DNA of 64,000 nucleotides from Patescibacteria group bacterium (GTDB lineage: Bacteria; Patescibacteriota; UBA1384; XYA2-FULL-43-10; 1-14-0-10-43-13). The notes under the pieces were generated by a model. It made no database searches. It worked only from the letters and a program-made list of their open reading frames with translations, and was not told the origin of the DNA. The translations under genes were made by a program, and so were the position numbers. The stretch lies in the NCBI GenBank assembly GCA_041649155.1, contig JBAZNP010000001.1:366564-430563 (forward strand), in the 5' to 3' direction. Below are positions 18,806 through 28,775 of this stretch, piece by piece. Position 1 is the stretch's first letter; every line of letters starts with the position of its first letter.

Positions 18806-19111
18806 CTAGATTCCTGCCACGAACCATCCTGCCGCTCTTAGTATTACAAACGACAGGGCGACTACAATTATCCCGATTATTGCGTTTATGAGTCCTTGCT
18901 GGGCTTTTTTTGATTGTTCTGGATTGCCGCCAGCTGTGATATAGGATATGCCGGATACTACTAAAAATATAAAAGCCAGAACGCCGGCGATATATAAGAG
19001 CCAAGTGGTGATCAGCGTAACTAATCCAAAAATAGTCACCGGTGTTAATGCGACGTTTATTGCTCCGACCAGCTGCTCTCCTGTAATTGTGACAAGCGGG
19101 AAGATTGGCAT
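18806..19111 (-). CDS. VirB2/TrbC-like pilin
   Basis: Two TM helices around GISYITAGGNPEQSKKA. Confidence 0.8.
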   Translation of the reverse strand: MPIFPLVTITGEQLVGAINVALTPVTIFGLVTLITTWLLYIAGVLAFIFLVVSGISYITAGGNPEQSKKAQQGLINAIIGIIVVALSFVILRAAGWFVAGI

Positions 19112-19145
19112 CTTTTAGTTTTAAGAATATTTAAAAATTACTAAT

Positions 19146-19298
19146 TGTCATTCCCGACCTGCCTGCCGGCAGACAGGCTTGTATCGGGAATCCAGAAATG
19201 ACACAGGCAGCCCAACTCTCTGGATCCCAGATCTCCCATTCGACAAAGCTCAGGGCCTGAGTGAAATCGAAGGCAAGCTTGCAGTCTGGGATGACGAC
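19146..19298. repeat. GTCAT-tagged palindrome pair with two nested inserts
   Basis: GTCATTCCCGA[20-bp palindrome]CTTGTATCGGGAATCCA ... TGGATCCCAGATCT[insert]CAAGCTTGCAGTCTGGGATGAC. Confidence 0.8.
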
Positions 19299-19419
19299 AA
19301 GTGTAGTAACAGTCATAATTTAATCATCCTCTCTGGCTAAAATCTTTATGAAATATTATATTTGGTAAACAAAAAATGCCCCCGAGAGAGCATTTTCTTA
19401 AGAATCATTTTTTAATTAA

Positions 19420-19749
19420 TTACTGTATGGTGCCGCTGCTAGCAGTGTTGCTGACAGCAGTAAGTATAACATATGCTAATACAACTATAACGATACCAAT
19501 AACAGAGTTGATTATCCCTTGTTGCCCTTTTTTGGCCTGTTCTGCATTTCCGCCTGCCGTAATGTAAGTTATGCCTGAAACAACTAGATAAATAAAAGCT
19601 AAAACGCCGACGATGTATATGATCCATGTAATTACATTGTTTACTATATCTCCAATATTGGAGTTGGTGCTACTTATAGAAATGGCGGTTCCCAATTGAT
19701 TAGCATCCGGTGATTGTGCGTAAACTTTTTCAATTAAACTTGTTAACAT
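19420..19749 (-). CDS. VirB2/TrbC-like pilin
   Basis: VYAQ leader, GITYITAGGNAEQAKKG, SD AGGAG. Confidence 0.85.
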   Translation of the reverse strand: MLTSLIEKVYAQSPDANQLGTAISISSTNSNIGDIVNNVITWIIYIVGVLAFIYLVVSGITYITAGGNAEQAKKGQQGIINSVIGIVIVVLAYVILTAVSNTASSGTIQ

Positions 19750-19777
19750 TCTCCTCCTTAATTAAAGCGAGCATGGG

Positions 19778-20968
19778 TTATTGAAAAATACTTTCAATTA
19801 TTTTCATTATTCCTATTGCTACACCTATAACAATTACTCCTATAACCGACCATAGAAGAGTTTTTTTGGCCAGTTCAGCCTTACTCTCCTCTCCATAGGA
19901 AGTTAAATAAATTATTGATGCATACAGTATCATTATAAAGGCAACCACTGCACTAATGTCAAGAAGCCAGCTGATCAAAGTCGTTACCATGCAAAGAATT
20001 TGATCTAAATCTTTCTTTGAGCTACAGGTGTTAAGAAGATTCTTGATATTAAAGTTGTTTAAACCAGAAACAGAAACAGCTTTAGCGTCACTATCGTTTG
20101 TGGCGACTTCCGCTACTGTAACCTTATATTCGGTATGATTATTATTAGTCCCTAAAACGCCGGGATAAACCTCCACGATAATTGTGTGAGAACCTGTATC
20201 GGTGCCGCCTGTGTCCCATTCTACTGTGACAGGTACATTGTCATCCGGCACAGTCCCAGATCCTTTTAAATGGTCATCTGTATTTTGATCGATATAAACT
20301 TTATAAGTCTGCCCTTCTAGATCAAAAAATTTGACCTTTATGCTGGCAGTATCCCCTTTTTTGACATTATTCGTATCGGGTGTTATGACAATGCCTTCAG
20401 TTTCAGCAATATCAAAGTTGTAGTCTTCGATTTGAAAGTTAGAGCAATTCCTAACCTTGTCATCTATAACAAACCTTAAGTCATAATTGCCTGCTGAACC
20501 ATAATCGCCAGCATTAATCGGCTTTGGAATTGTGAACTCTCCAACGCGATCTTCTTCCGGTCTAATGACGCCGTCGGCTATTAATTTATAGACGCTTCCA
20601 GATTGAGGATCATCCTGACCGTTCCATAGATAAATTCTATAATTATAGATTACCTGATTTGTTCCAAGAGGATCCGCATTTGAACCGTTGCTTTTTTTGC
20701 CCAGCACTGCTCCAGTTTTGTATTCTGTATCTTCGGGTTGCTTGATTTCATAGGCGACAGTTTGTCCAGCAAAAAGTTTTCTGGAGTCTGGAAATTGAAC
20801 AGTAATATCAAGATCTTCCGTTACGGTGCAGGAAGAGTTAAAAGAGGTATCGGCGTCTTCAGCAAAAACTTGCGACGAGTTAGTAAGAGAAAGAGTGTAA
20901 ATTACAGAAAATATAAAAGAAGCAATCAGAAATCCAACGTAAGTAAATTTTATTATATTTTTTTTCAT
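19778..20968 (-). CDS. Pilin-anchored protein with large beta-rich extracellular domain
   Basis: Signal peptide, ~290 aa Ig-like region, C-terminal YLTSYGEESKAELAKK pilin core. Confidence 0.75.
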   Translation of the reverse strand: MKKNIIKFTYVGFLIASFIFSVIYTLSLTNSSQVFAEDADTSFNSSCTVTEDLDITVQFPDSRKLFAGQTVAYEIKQPEDTEYKTGAVLGKKSNGSNADPLGTNQVIYNYRIYLWNGQDDPQSGSVYKLIADGVIRPEEDRVGEFTIPKPINAGDYGSAGNYDLRFVIDDKVRNCSNFQIEDYNFDIAETEGIVITPDTNNVKKGDTASIKVKFFDLEGQTYKVYIDQNTDDHLKGSGTVPDDNVPVTVEWDTGGTDTGSHTIIVEVYPGVLGTNNNHTEYKVTVAEVATNDSDAKAVSVSGLNNFNIKNLLNTCSSKKDLDQILCMVTTLISWLLDISAVVAFIMILYASIIYLTSYGEESKAELAKKTLLWSVIGVIVIGVAIGIMKIIESIFQ

Positions 20969-20975
20969 TATTGTC

Positions 20976-22190
20976 CTATTTCGGGCCGCTCCAAAAGTTT
21001 GCTGCGATTGTTTGTATGGTTAAAGATAATGTTGCGGCCACAATACCAATGATGGAGTACATTAGTGCTTTTTTTGCTTTTTCCGCTTTGGCTGTGTCTC
21101 CGCCTGCGGTTATGTATTGAATGCCGCTTATCATAATGCCAATAAATGCTAAAACTCCGATTGCCCATTCGAGCAATTCTACTATTAACAAGGCTAAGTC
21201 CCCGATTCCATTGATTTCGCTATGGAGAGGAAAGCCCGATGCTAATTTTGCTAAAACAGTAGAAAAATTATTCGGAACTGTTAATTTATCCGTGTCTGTG
21301 CTGCTTCCCTCTGACCCAGGAGTTTGTCCTTCGCTTCCTGAAATGTTTACGGTTATTTCTGCTTGACCTGTCATCGGGCTATCTGTGCCGGCATCAATGA
21401 AAGTCTTTATCCTGACTTTATGATAAATACAAGTTTTTTCTTGCGGCGACCAGGGCATTTCTATATAACCTGACGCCGGATCTGGATCGGCGGATATTAT
21501 TTGAGCATCCTGCATTTTATCGATATAATTGCCGGCGCAGTCTGTAATCCAAATATGGTAAACTTCATCGGCATGGCCGGAAAAACGATATTTTATCATG
21601 GTTGACGCATCAGTATTGTCAGTGCCATCAGAATTTTTAAGATTGATTGTTTCGGGATCAGCCGACAATTCAATTTCGCCATGCAGCGCAACAGCACCAT
21701 TATTAGTAAAGCTAAAGCTCTGTATCTGGTCTGATAAAACATTATATTTGCAACCGGTAGTTAGATTTTCATAACTTACCACTGCTTTATAGTCTCCGGC
21801 TTCACTAATCGGTATCACAACTGGGTTCGGGCTAAATCCGTTTGAAAATCCTGGTTCTGCCTCTCCGTATGATGTGTAAATATCATTTTCGTAATAATTA
21901 TTATAATTGTCGTAACCCACTTTCCTGATTTCGATTTTGTATTTTATCTTATTATTTATATCTAGTTTATTTAATGAGAGGGTAACTTTTTTTGTTACAT
22001 CTTCACTCGGTATTAAGGTGTATGTGGCTGGAGCTGAAGAATCGCAGGCAGCTTTAACTCTCATCGACTCATTAGGCGCGAAGAGATTTATTGCGGCAGC
22101 AATGAGTAGAGTAGTATTAAAAATTATTGCGAATGTTCCAATTGCAATAAGAGCGGAAGCGGTTCTTTTTACTATTCGATAATGTTTCAT
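20976..22190 (-). CDS. Pilin-anchored protein with large extracellular domain
   Basis: Signal peptide, Cys-containing beta-rich region, C-terminal GIQYITAGGDTAKAEKAKK. Confidence 0.75.
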   Translation of the reverse strand: MKHYRIVKRTASALIAIGTFAIIFNTTLLIAAAINLFAPNESMRVKAACDSSAPATYTLIPSEDVTKKVTLSLNKLDINNKIKYKIEIRKVGYDNYNNYYENDIYTSYGEAEPGFSNGFSPNPVVIPISEAGDYKAVVSYENLTTGCKYNVLSDQIQSFSFTNNGAVALHGEIELSADPETINLKNSDGTDNTDASTMIKYRFSGHADEVYHIWITDCAGNYIDKMQDAQIISADPDPASGYIEMPWSPQEKTCIYHKVRIKTFIDAGTDSPMTGQAEITVNISGSEGQTPGSEGSSTDTDKLTVPNNFSTVLAKLASGFPLHSEINGIGDLALLIVELLEWAIGVLAFIGIMISGIQYITAGGDTAKAEKAKKALMYSIIGIVAATLSLTIQTIAANFWSGPK

Positions 22191-22197
22191 TGTGAAA

Positions 22198-22566
22198 TTA
22201 TTTTACTCCTAAAAAATTCAGAATGGCGTCAATCAATAAAAGCATAATAAATCCCAGAATCGCCCCAAGAGCTATCTCTTTAGCTTCGCTAATCTGGGTT
22301 TCATTACCTTTTGAGGTAACATATTTTATCCCGGCGTAGATAATCATTAAAGAGGCCAGAGCAAACCCAAGCTTTATCGCATAAACCAGCACGGCTGACA
22401 TATAGGATTTGTATCCTGCAAATTGGGTTTGGCCGTTTACGGTCACGCCTGTTTCCAATGCAAAAACCTTGGAAAATGTTATCGCCGACAAAAAAGAAAA
22501 CGTTTTTACAAAAGAACGGAATTTTTTTAAAAAATAGTTATTTTGAGTAATTTTTGTCTTTTTCAT
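22198..22566 (-). CDS. VirB2/TrbC-like pilin
   Basis: VFA cleavage site, GIKYVTSKGNETQISEAK; start MKKTK with SD AGGAGG. Confidence 0.8.
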   Translation of the reverse strand: MKKTKITQNNYFLKKFRSFVKTFSFLSAITFSKVFALETGVTVNGQTQFAGYKSYMSAVLVYAIKLGFALASLMIIYAGIKYVTSKGNETQISEAKEIALGAILGFIMLLLIDAILNFLGVK

Positions 22567-22624
22567 TTCCCCTCCTAGCCCCGTTTGATATCGCAAGCGA
22601 TTATCTAATAGAGGCACTTCCATC

Positions 22625-22693
22625 CGTCACCCTGAACTTGATTCAGGATTTGGTTACTATTTGTATAGGTTCCAGATCAAGTCTGGAATGACA
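22625..22693. repeat. GTCAT-tagged palindrome pair
   Basis: CGTCACCCTGAACTTGATTCAGG ... TTCCAGATCAAGTCTGGAATGACA. Confidence 0.7.
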
Positions 22694-22710
22694 TGTAATT
22701 AATTTGCTCT

Positions 22711-24063
22711 TTACCAAGTCTCTTTTCTTAATAACTGGGTTATTTTGTCTGAGGCTAAATCAAGGGCAGACTGAGGCTCTTGTGTGCCGGAATTGACGGA
22801 GTCAATTGCAGTATTCATTAACGAATCAAATTCAACAGGATATCTTCCCTTAATTAAGGAGTGCGCTGTAGCCAAAGAAAGTTTTTCCGGATTTGTACCT
22901 GTGCGACTTTTAAGAGAAATGTCATAGCTGGAAGCTTTTTTTGAAGTATAAAGACGATTGGCGGAGCTGAAATCATCTTGGATGCTTTCTCCTGCTAAAG
23001 TCGAAACTAAATTCCAGGATGCAGCTGAATTTTTTGACAACCGGCTTACTCCATAAGCGGTAAATCTCGCATAATCAGTAATTTTACCTGCATCTTCGCT
23101 TAATTGCGGTGCAAATCCCTTTTTGTATTTAAGGCTCGGATATTTTTGAAGCAGTGTGTTTTGAAGGCTTGAATAACCAAAGATCATTGCCACTTTTCCG
23201 TTGGCAAATGCATCTATTGGATCGCCTATAGAATCGTCCCAGCAGTAGTTTTCAGAGCTAGGATCGGCGAAAGAAGTATAAAACTCCAAAGCTCGTGTAC
23301 CCGGATTGTCGTTTGCCCCTGTCGAGGTGTCTTTTGGTAGATTGAAAGTGGCCAATTCTTTGTTGTCCGATAAAATGCTTGTCTCGTTTTGTTTCATCAG
23401 AAGATATAAAATATCTTGAGAATTGGGTATTTTGCTTGTTCCTAGCGCAACCCCAGCCACTCCGTTAGCGCTGATTATGTTTGATGCTTCGACAAAGTCT
23501 GTCCACGTCCCAGGCACATCGAATAGAAGGCTGCTAGCTCTTTTTGTTGTTTCTTTATCGTCTTTATTTGCCTCATTATATGCTTTCAGCGCACTGCTAA
23601 ATATTGTTGGGTTATAGTAAACCATTAGAGGCTCGACTGAAGGCGTTAAAGCATAAATTTTATCATTTATGTAGACCGATTCTTTAACCGATGGAACGTA
23701 TTGTTTGTCTAGGTCCAATTTTTTGGCTGTTGCCTCCGGCATGCTGGCCAATTTTTCTTTATGGCGATATACCCAGTCATTTGGCATTGCCCACACATCG
23801 GGACCGGCTCCGGAAGAGATTGAATTTAAGGCTCGATTCTCATAACCAGAGTCTAACTCCTGCTTTACATACGTAACAGTATATCCTTTATTGCTTTTTT
23901 CAAAATTTTTTATTACAGGCTTCCAAGCGTCTTCTTCCTCGAAGCCCCAGACAACAATAGCCCCGCTGGTTGTGGTTTTCTTTGTACAGCCGGATAAAGT
24001 AGTCGCAAAAATCAGAGCAACCAATAAGTAGCCCACGGTTTTAAATATTTTTTTAGTATTCAT
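22711..24063 (-). CDS. ABC sugar-type extracellular solute-binding lipoprotein
   Basis: Lipobox LSGC, GAGPDVW, FANGKVAMIFG. Confidence 0.85.
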   Translation of the reverse strand: MNTKKIFKTVGYLLVALIFATTLSGCTKKTTTSGAIVVWGFEEEDAWKPVIKNFEKSNKGYTVTYVKQELDSGYENRALNSISSGAGPDVWAMPNDWVYRHKEKLASMPEATAKKLDLDKQYVPSVKESVYINDKIYALTPSVEPLMVYYNPTIFSSALKAYNEANKDDKETTKRASSLLFDVPGTWTDFVEASNIISANGVAGVALGTSKIPNSQDILYLLMKQNETSILSDNKELATFNLPKDTSTGANDNPGTRALEFYTSFADPSSENYCWDDSIGDPIDAFANGKVAMIFGYSSLQNTLLQKYPSLKYKKGFAPQLSEDAGKITDYARFTAYGVSRLSKNSAASWNLVSTLAGESIQDDFSSANRLYTSKKASSYDISLKSRTGTNPEKLSLATAHSLIKGRYPVEFDSLMNTAIDSVNSGTQEPQSALDLASDKITQLLRKETW

Positions 24064-24098
24064 GATAACCCCTCCACATTCAATTTTAAATTTGTAAA

Positions 24099-24980
24099 TT
24101 ATAAATTCTTAGAGATTTCTTTTATGAATTTACCAAATTCCTCGTTTATATCATCACGTTTAAGCGCCATTTCTACATTTGTTTTTAAGTACTCAGTGAT
24201 ATTTCCACAGTCATAATATTTTCCGTTTTTTATTTCAACCGCCATGCAATTTTGACCTTCTTTGCGAAGCTGATTTACGCCGTCAACATAAACCAATTCG
24301 GCGTTGTCGGCTACTTTAACTTCTTTTAGCGCTTTAAATATTTCTGGTGGGAAAACAAAACCGGAAACAATTGCCAAGTTAGACGGTAAATTTTCTGGAC
24401 CTGGTTTTTCAATTAGATCTGAGACTTTTATTACTCCGTTTTCTAATTCTTCCCCTTTTGCATATGCGTATCGTTTTGTGTCCTCTGGCTTGTCTGTCCT
24501 GATTCCGCCCAAAATCATTGTTCCATATTTGTTATATGCTTCAATCAATTGTTTTGTTCTGGAAGGTTCCGCTGATATGAAGTCGTCTCCCCAAAGCACG
24601 ACAAAGGGTTCGTCGCCTACAATCTTTTCGGCAGTTAAGATAGCGTCGCCATTACCTTTCGCCTCTTTTTGACGGACGTAAACAAATTCAGCCAGCTCAG
24701 ATAATCTTTTTATTTTTTCGAGCTGTTCTATTTTGCCTGATTTTTCGAGCTTGGCTTCCAACTCTAAATGCCGGTCAAAATGATCTTCGATCGCTCTTTT
24801 ATGCCAACTTGTCACAAAAATAACTTGCTCTATCCCCGCTTCTGCCAATTCTTCAACGACATATTGTATTACTGGTTTGTCTACAATCGGCAGCATTTCT
24901 TTTGGCATCGCCTTTGAAGCTGGCAAAAAACGAGTGCCATATCCGGCAACTGGAACAACAGCTTTACGTATTTTTTTCAT
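24099..24980 (-). CDS. galU: UTP--glucose-1-phosphate uridylyltransferase
   Basis: KAVVPVAGYGTRFLPASKAMPKEMLPIVDKP. Confidence 0.92.
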   Translation of the reverse strand: MKKIRKAVVPVAGYGTRFLPASKAMPKEMLPIVDKPVIQYVVEELAEAGIEQVIFVTSWHKRAIEDHFDRHLELEAKLEKSGKIEQLEKIKRLSELAEFVYVRQKEAKGNGDAILTAEKIVGDEPFVVLWGDDFISAEPSRTKQLIEAYNKYGTMILGGIRTDKPEDTKRYAYAKGEELENGVIKVSDLIEKPGPENLPSNLAIVSGFVFPPEIFKALKEVKVADNAELVYVDGVNQLRKEGQNCMAVEIKNGKYYDCGNITEYLKTNVEMALKRDDINEEFGKFIKEISKNL

Positions 24981-25105
24981 AATCAATCCTTGTTTAGTAG
25001 CAATATAAATTTATCATAGAAAATATTTTATTACAAAAAATGCTGGATAGTCCAGCTGAGATTTTTTTGACAGTCCCCTTTCTAAAAAAGTAAATAAAAA
25101 CCGAA

Positions 25106-25132
25106 TGGATCCCCGCCTTCGCGGGGATGACG
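25106..25132. repeat. GTCAT-tagged palindrome, single copy
   Basis: TGGATCCCCGCCTTCGCGGGGATGACG. Confidence 0.8.
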
Positions 25133-25145
25133 GCATAGTCAGCCG

Positions 25146-25520
25146 TCATTTTTCATTTACTTTAATGACTTTTGTTTTAACTTTAGCGTCCTTTGGAATT
25201 TGAATAGTTAAAAGACCATCTTTTAAGGTAGCCTTTGCATCTTCGGTATTAACGGCGATAGGGAGAACATAGGAGCGAGAGAAAGGACCCCAGTAACATT
25301 CTTGTGTGAAATGTTTTTCAACTGACACGTCGTGACCTGGCTTTCTTTCGCCTCTTAAAGTGACAACTTCCTCGGTTATTGAGATATCCACATCTCCGGC
25401 TTTTACGCCGGCTATTGGCGCCAATATATAAATACTATGTTCGTCTTGATAAACATCGACAGAAAGTTGACCTTCAGATTCTTCGCCATACATCCAGTCT
25501 TCATGATTTGTTTCTATCAT
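25146..25520 (-). CDS. Hsp20/alpha-crystallin small heat shock protein
   Basis: VDVYQD, TLRGER, WGPFSRSYVLP, LKDGLLTIQIPK. Confidence 0.93.
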   Translation of the reverse strand: MIETNHEDWMYGEESEGQLSVDVYQDEHSIYILAPIAGVKAGDVDISITEEVVTLRGERKPGHDVSVEKHFTQECYWGPFSRSYVLPIAVNTEDAKATLKDGLLTIQIPKDAKVKTKVIKVNEK

Positions 25521-25615
25521 TTGCCCTCCTTTGTCAGTTTTGCCTCAAAAAAACTAAATATTGACTGACTATTTTAAGTATAGTAAACCCTAAAAAAATA
25601 GTCAAATATTCCTTT

Positions 25616-25743
25616 TTGAATTACGAAATTACGCTCACCCTCATCAAATTTCTAGGCGCTCTCAAGGCTCCATGCGCCTGCCTGCCGGCAGGCAGGCTTG
25701 CAACCGTCGAAATTTGACAAGGTCTCACAATTTCGTAATTCAA
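25616..25743. repeat. MITE-like element with 15-bp terminal inverted repeats
   Basis: TTGAATTACGAAATT ... AATTTCGTAATTCAA; nested 20-bp palindrome at 25677-25696. Confidence 0.7.
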
Positions 25744-25830
25744 GATATGTTGTAGTTTATTATGGACTTTGCATAATTTATATAGTTTAGGCATATTTAA
25801 ATTGTTAAGAATATTTTTTGAGATTAAAAT

Positions 25831-26565
25831 GTGAAAAATGTGGCATTGAAATTTAAAGCGCCAATATTAGCAATTTACAGTTTTTTTCTGGAGATATTTT
25901 TCCCAAAACGATGTGTTGACTGTGGAAAACCGGCGGAGCATTTTGTTTGTTCTGATTGCATTAAAAGTATAGAAAAAAATAAAACATCGACCTGTCCTGA
26001 CTGTGGAAAAATCAGTCAATCCGGTAAATACTGTCAAAAATGCAAAAAGAAAAACGGTATATATTTAACAGGATTAATTGCGGCTGCAAGGTATGAAATC
26101 GGACCTCTCAAAGAAATGGTCCATCATTTAAAATATTCTGGAATTACCAGCTTGGCTGAACTACTTGGAGAGCTCATGGCTGAGCGCCTTGAGCGTGAAA
26201 CATTAAAAAGCGGCCTTGTATTGGTGCCAGTCCCCTTGCATCGAAAAAGAGAATTTACCAGAGGTTTTAATCAAGCCGAGCTTTTGGCAAGACACATTTC
26301 AGAAAGGTTGAATATTCCAGGTGGTTTGGCTTTAACGAGGACAAAAAATACGCCGAGTCAGGTGACTTTGTCCGGTGATTTGAGAAAAACGAATTTGATT
26401 AATGTTTTTAGATGTGATGACATTGAATTAATTACTGGAAAAACCGTATTGTTAATCGACGATGTCACAACAACAGGTTCGACATTAAATGAATGCGCCA
26501 AAGTGTTAAAACAAAATGGCGCAAAAAATGTTTATGGAGTGGTAGTGGCAAGACGAGTGAATTAA
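25831..26565 (+). CDS. comF: ComF family competence protein
   Basis: CxxC zinc ribbons, PVPLH, RGFNQAE, LLIDDVTTTGST. Confidence 0.9.
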   Translation: MKNVALKFKAPILAIYSFFLEIFFPKRCVDCGKPAEHFVCSDCIKSIEKNKTSTCPDCGKISQSGKYCQKCKKKNGIYLTGLIAAARYEIGPLKEMVHHLKYSGITSLAELLGELMAERLERETLKSGLVLVPVPLHRKREFTRGFNQAELLARHISERLNIPGGLALTRTKNTPSQVTLSGDLRKTNLINVFRCDDIELITGKTVLLIDDVTTTGSTLNECAKVLKQNGAKNVYGVVVARRVN

Positions 26566-26585
26566 TTCAGGACTTACGCGATTGA

Positions 26586-26727
26586 TGTCATTCCGACTCC
26601 TTGGCTTTGTCCAAGGGTGGAGGAATCTTAAAAATAATTACTATTAAAAGATCCCTCCACTTTGGTCGGGATGACAGAATACATAATAGGGAGATTCCTC
26701 CCCTGATACATCGGGGTCGAAATGACA
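26586..26727. repeat. GTCAT-tagged palindrome triplet
   Basis: Same arms as 13357-13443 plus a third arm ending GGGGTCGAAATGACA. Confidence 0.8.
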
Positions 26728-26735
26728 GCTATAAA

Positions 26736-27203
26736 ATGACTAAAAAACAAATTATTATCATTCTAATACTGGCCGTAACTGCTATTTTCTTGGTCGTTTT
26801 TTGCTTTTGGAGGGCAAAATCAAATAATCAACATGCTAATAGTCAGACAAAACAAGTTTGCTATGAGGCTCGATGCTTTAACGTTGAATTAGCGACAACT
26901 TCCGAAGAACAGGAAAGGGGACTGATGGAGAGGGAAAGTTTGGCTGCGGATGCTGGCATGTTGTTCGTTTATCGGTCAGAAGGGGACTATCCGTTTTGGA
27001 TGAAAAACACAAAAATTCCCCTGGATATGATTTGGATCGACAAAGATTTTAAAGTGGTTTCCATGGTCGCTGCAGAGCCTTGCGTGTCCGATCCCTGCCG
27101 CATTTACGACCCTCAAAAACAGGCAAAATATGTTTTGGAGCTAAGCGCCGGCACAGCCCAAAACATCAACCTCAAAGAAGGGGACGAGGTGGTTTTTAAA
27201 TAG
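26736..27203 (+). CDS. DUF192 family protein
   Basis: ERGLMER, GMLFVY, FWMKNTKIPLDMIWID, YVLELSAG. Confidence 0.9.
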   Translation: MTKKQIIIILILAVTAIFLVVFCFWRAKSNNQHANSQTKQVCYEARCFNVELATTSEEQERGLMERESLAADAGMLFVYRSEGDYPFWMKNTKIPLDMIWIDKDFKVVSMVAAEPCVSDPCRIYDPQKQAKYVLELSAGTAQNINLKEGDEVVFK

Positions 27204-27233
27204 GACAAACATAAAAGAATATCTTTTGAAAAT

Positions 27234-27260
27234 AAAAAATGCCCGTTCGGGCAGTTTTTA
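27234..27260. terminator. Bidirectional intrinsic terminator
   Basis: AAAAAATGCCCGTTCGGGCAGTTTTT. Confidence 0.7.
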
Positions 27261-27262
27261 AA

Positions 27263-27404
27263 TGGCGGAGAGGGTGGGATTTGGTCACTGGTATTTTTCT
27301 GCTGAAAAATCCATCGACCCCGCCTCGCGCTACCCGCGCTCCGGCTTTCAAATCTTTTTCTATCAAATCAAACCAAATCTGGCTATGCCAGCCTCAGTTT
27401 GATT
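27263..27404 (-). mobile_element. tRNA 3'-associated miniature element, second sequence type
   Basis: TGGCGGAGAGGGTGGGATTTG at 27263 duplicates the tRNA 3' end at 27405; internal hairpins. Confidence 0.65.
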
Positions 27405-27494
27405 TGGCGGAGAGGGTGGGATTTGAACCCACGAGGAGCTTGCACCCCTGGCTGTTTTCAAGACAGCTGCACTAGACCACTATGCGACCTCTCC
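27405..27494 (-). tRNA. tRNA-Ser(TGA)
   Basis: GCTGT-CTTGAAA-ACAGC anticodon arm, long variable arm, CCA. Confidence 0.95.
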
Positions 27495-27843
27495 AAAATT
27501 ATATTATATTATTATCTTTCAAATACTTATGTTAAGTAAAAAACATTGACCAACTATGTCCTGCATTCCGCTTTGCGGAAGCAGGGACGCCTGCTTCGCC
27601 ATGGCGAATGCGGCGCGACCTCTCCAATGATATTATCATAACATTTTCAAGCTCAATAATCAATCTATACTGGTAATCTGGAGATTTCTTCCTGATGCAT
27701 TAGGTTGAAATGGCATTTGTCGCTTATTGTGACTTTTTATATTTTGGAAAGTTATTTTTTTATCAAGCGTTGTACTTTTTGCAATTAAATAAAGGCTCAT
27801 AAGCATATAAGCTTTGAAGCACATAAACTAATAAGGAGTCGCT

Positions 27844-28146
27844 ATGATGTCAAAAACGCCAATAGATCTAAAGGGGGTTAAGGAAGGGGAAACTGACATG
27901 CAATTATTAAGAATTGCTCTTATCGCAGAGCTTGATGCTATTAATTTTTACGAACAATGTGCTGCCAGCACCAAAGACACAGCTATGAAAAAAATATTTC
28001 TGGATGTAGCCGGAGAAGAAAAGACTCACATCGGAGAGTTTCAGTCACTTCTTCTAATAAGAGATAGAGAACAAGAAAAAGAATTAATACATGGCGATAA
28101 AGAAGTTGATGACTTAACTGGAGAGGGAAGCGAGGAGGAGGATTAA
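27844..28146 (+). CDS. Short ferritin-like/rubrerythrin-fold protein
   Basis: AELDAINFYEQ and EEKTHIGEF di-iron motifs. Confidence 0.8.
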   Translation: MMSKTPIDLKGVKEGETDMQLLRIALIAELDAINFYEQCAASTKDTAMKKIFLDVAGEEKTHIGEFQSLLLIRDREQEKELIHGDKEVDDLTGEGSEEED

Positions 28147-28775
28147 TGGAAAACAATAAATTTTACAAATTACCTGAATTACCATATAGCTATGACGCAC
28201 TGGAGCCGATTATTTCCACTGAACAGCTTGAAATACATCACGACATTCATCATAAAGCCTATGTTGATAATGCAAATAAGATTTTAGAGAAATTTGATAA
28301 GGCAAGAGAAGAGGAAAAAGAGTTTGATTCCCCTGCCATTTATAAGGCACTGTCTTTCAATATCGGCGGACATGTTTTGCACTCATTGTTTTGGGAGAAT
28401 ATCACTCCTGTTAATAGTGGATCGGACGCAAGTAAATCATTGAATGATGCGATAAAAGAGGAATTCGGCAGCCTTGATCGTTTTATGGATGAGTTCTCCA
28501 AAACTGCTCAGAACGTAGAGGGCTCTGGCTGGGCAGCATTAGCTTATTGCAGAAAAACAAAAAGGCCGATGATTATGCAAATCGAGAAGCATAATTTAAA
28601 TATTTATCCGATGTTTTCAATTTTATTGGTGCTTGATGTCTGGGAGCATGCTTACTATTTAGATTATCAGAACAAGAGAGCGGATTTTATTAACAATTTT
28701 TGGGAAATACTTAATTGGGATGCGGTTAGCAAAAGATTCGATGAGGTTAGATCAAAAGAAAAAGAGGCTAAATGA
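28146..28775 (+). CDS. sodA: Fe/Mn superoxide dismutase
   Basis: LPYSYDALEP, HHDIHHKAYV, GSGW, DVWEHAYY; metal specificity not determinable. Confidence 0.9.
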   Translation: MENNKFYKLPELPYSYDALEPIISTEQLEIHHDIHHKAYVDNANKILEKFDKAREEEKEFDSPAIYKALSFNIGGHVLHSLFWENITPVNSGSDASKSLNDAIKEEFGSLDRFMDEFSKTAQNVEGSGWAALAYCRKTKRPMIMQIEKHNLNIYPMFSILLVLDVWEHAYYLDYQNKRADFINNFWEILNWDAVSKRFDEVRSKEKEAK

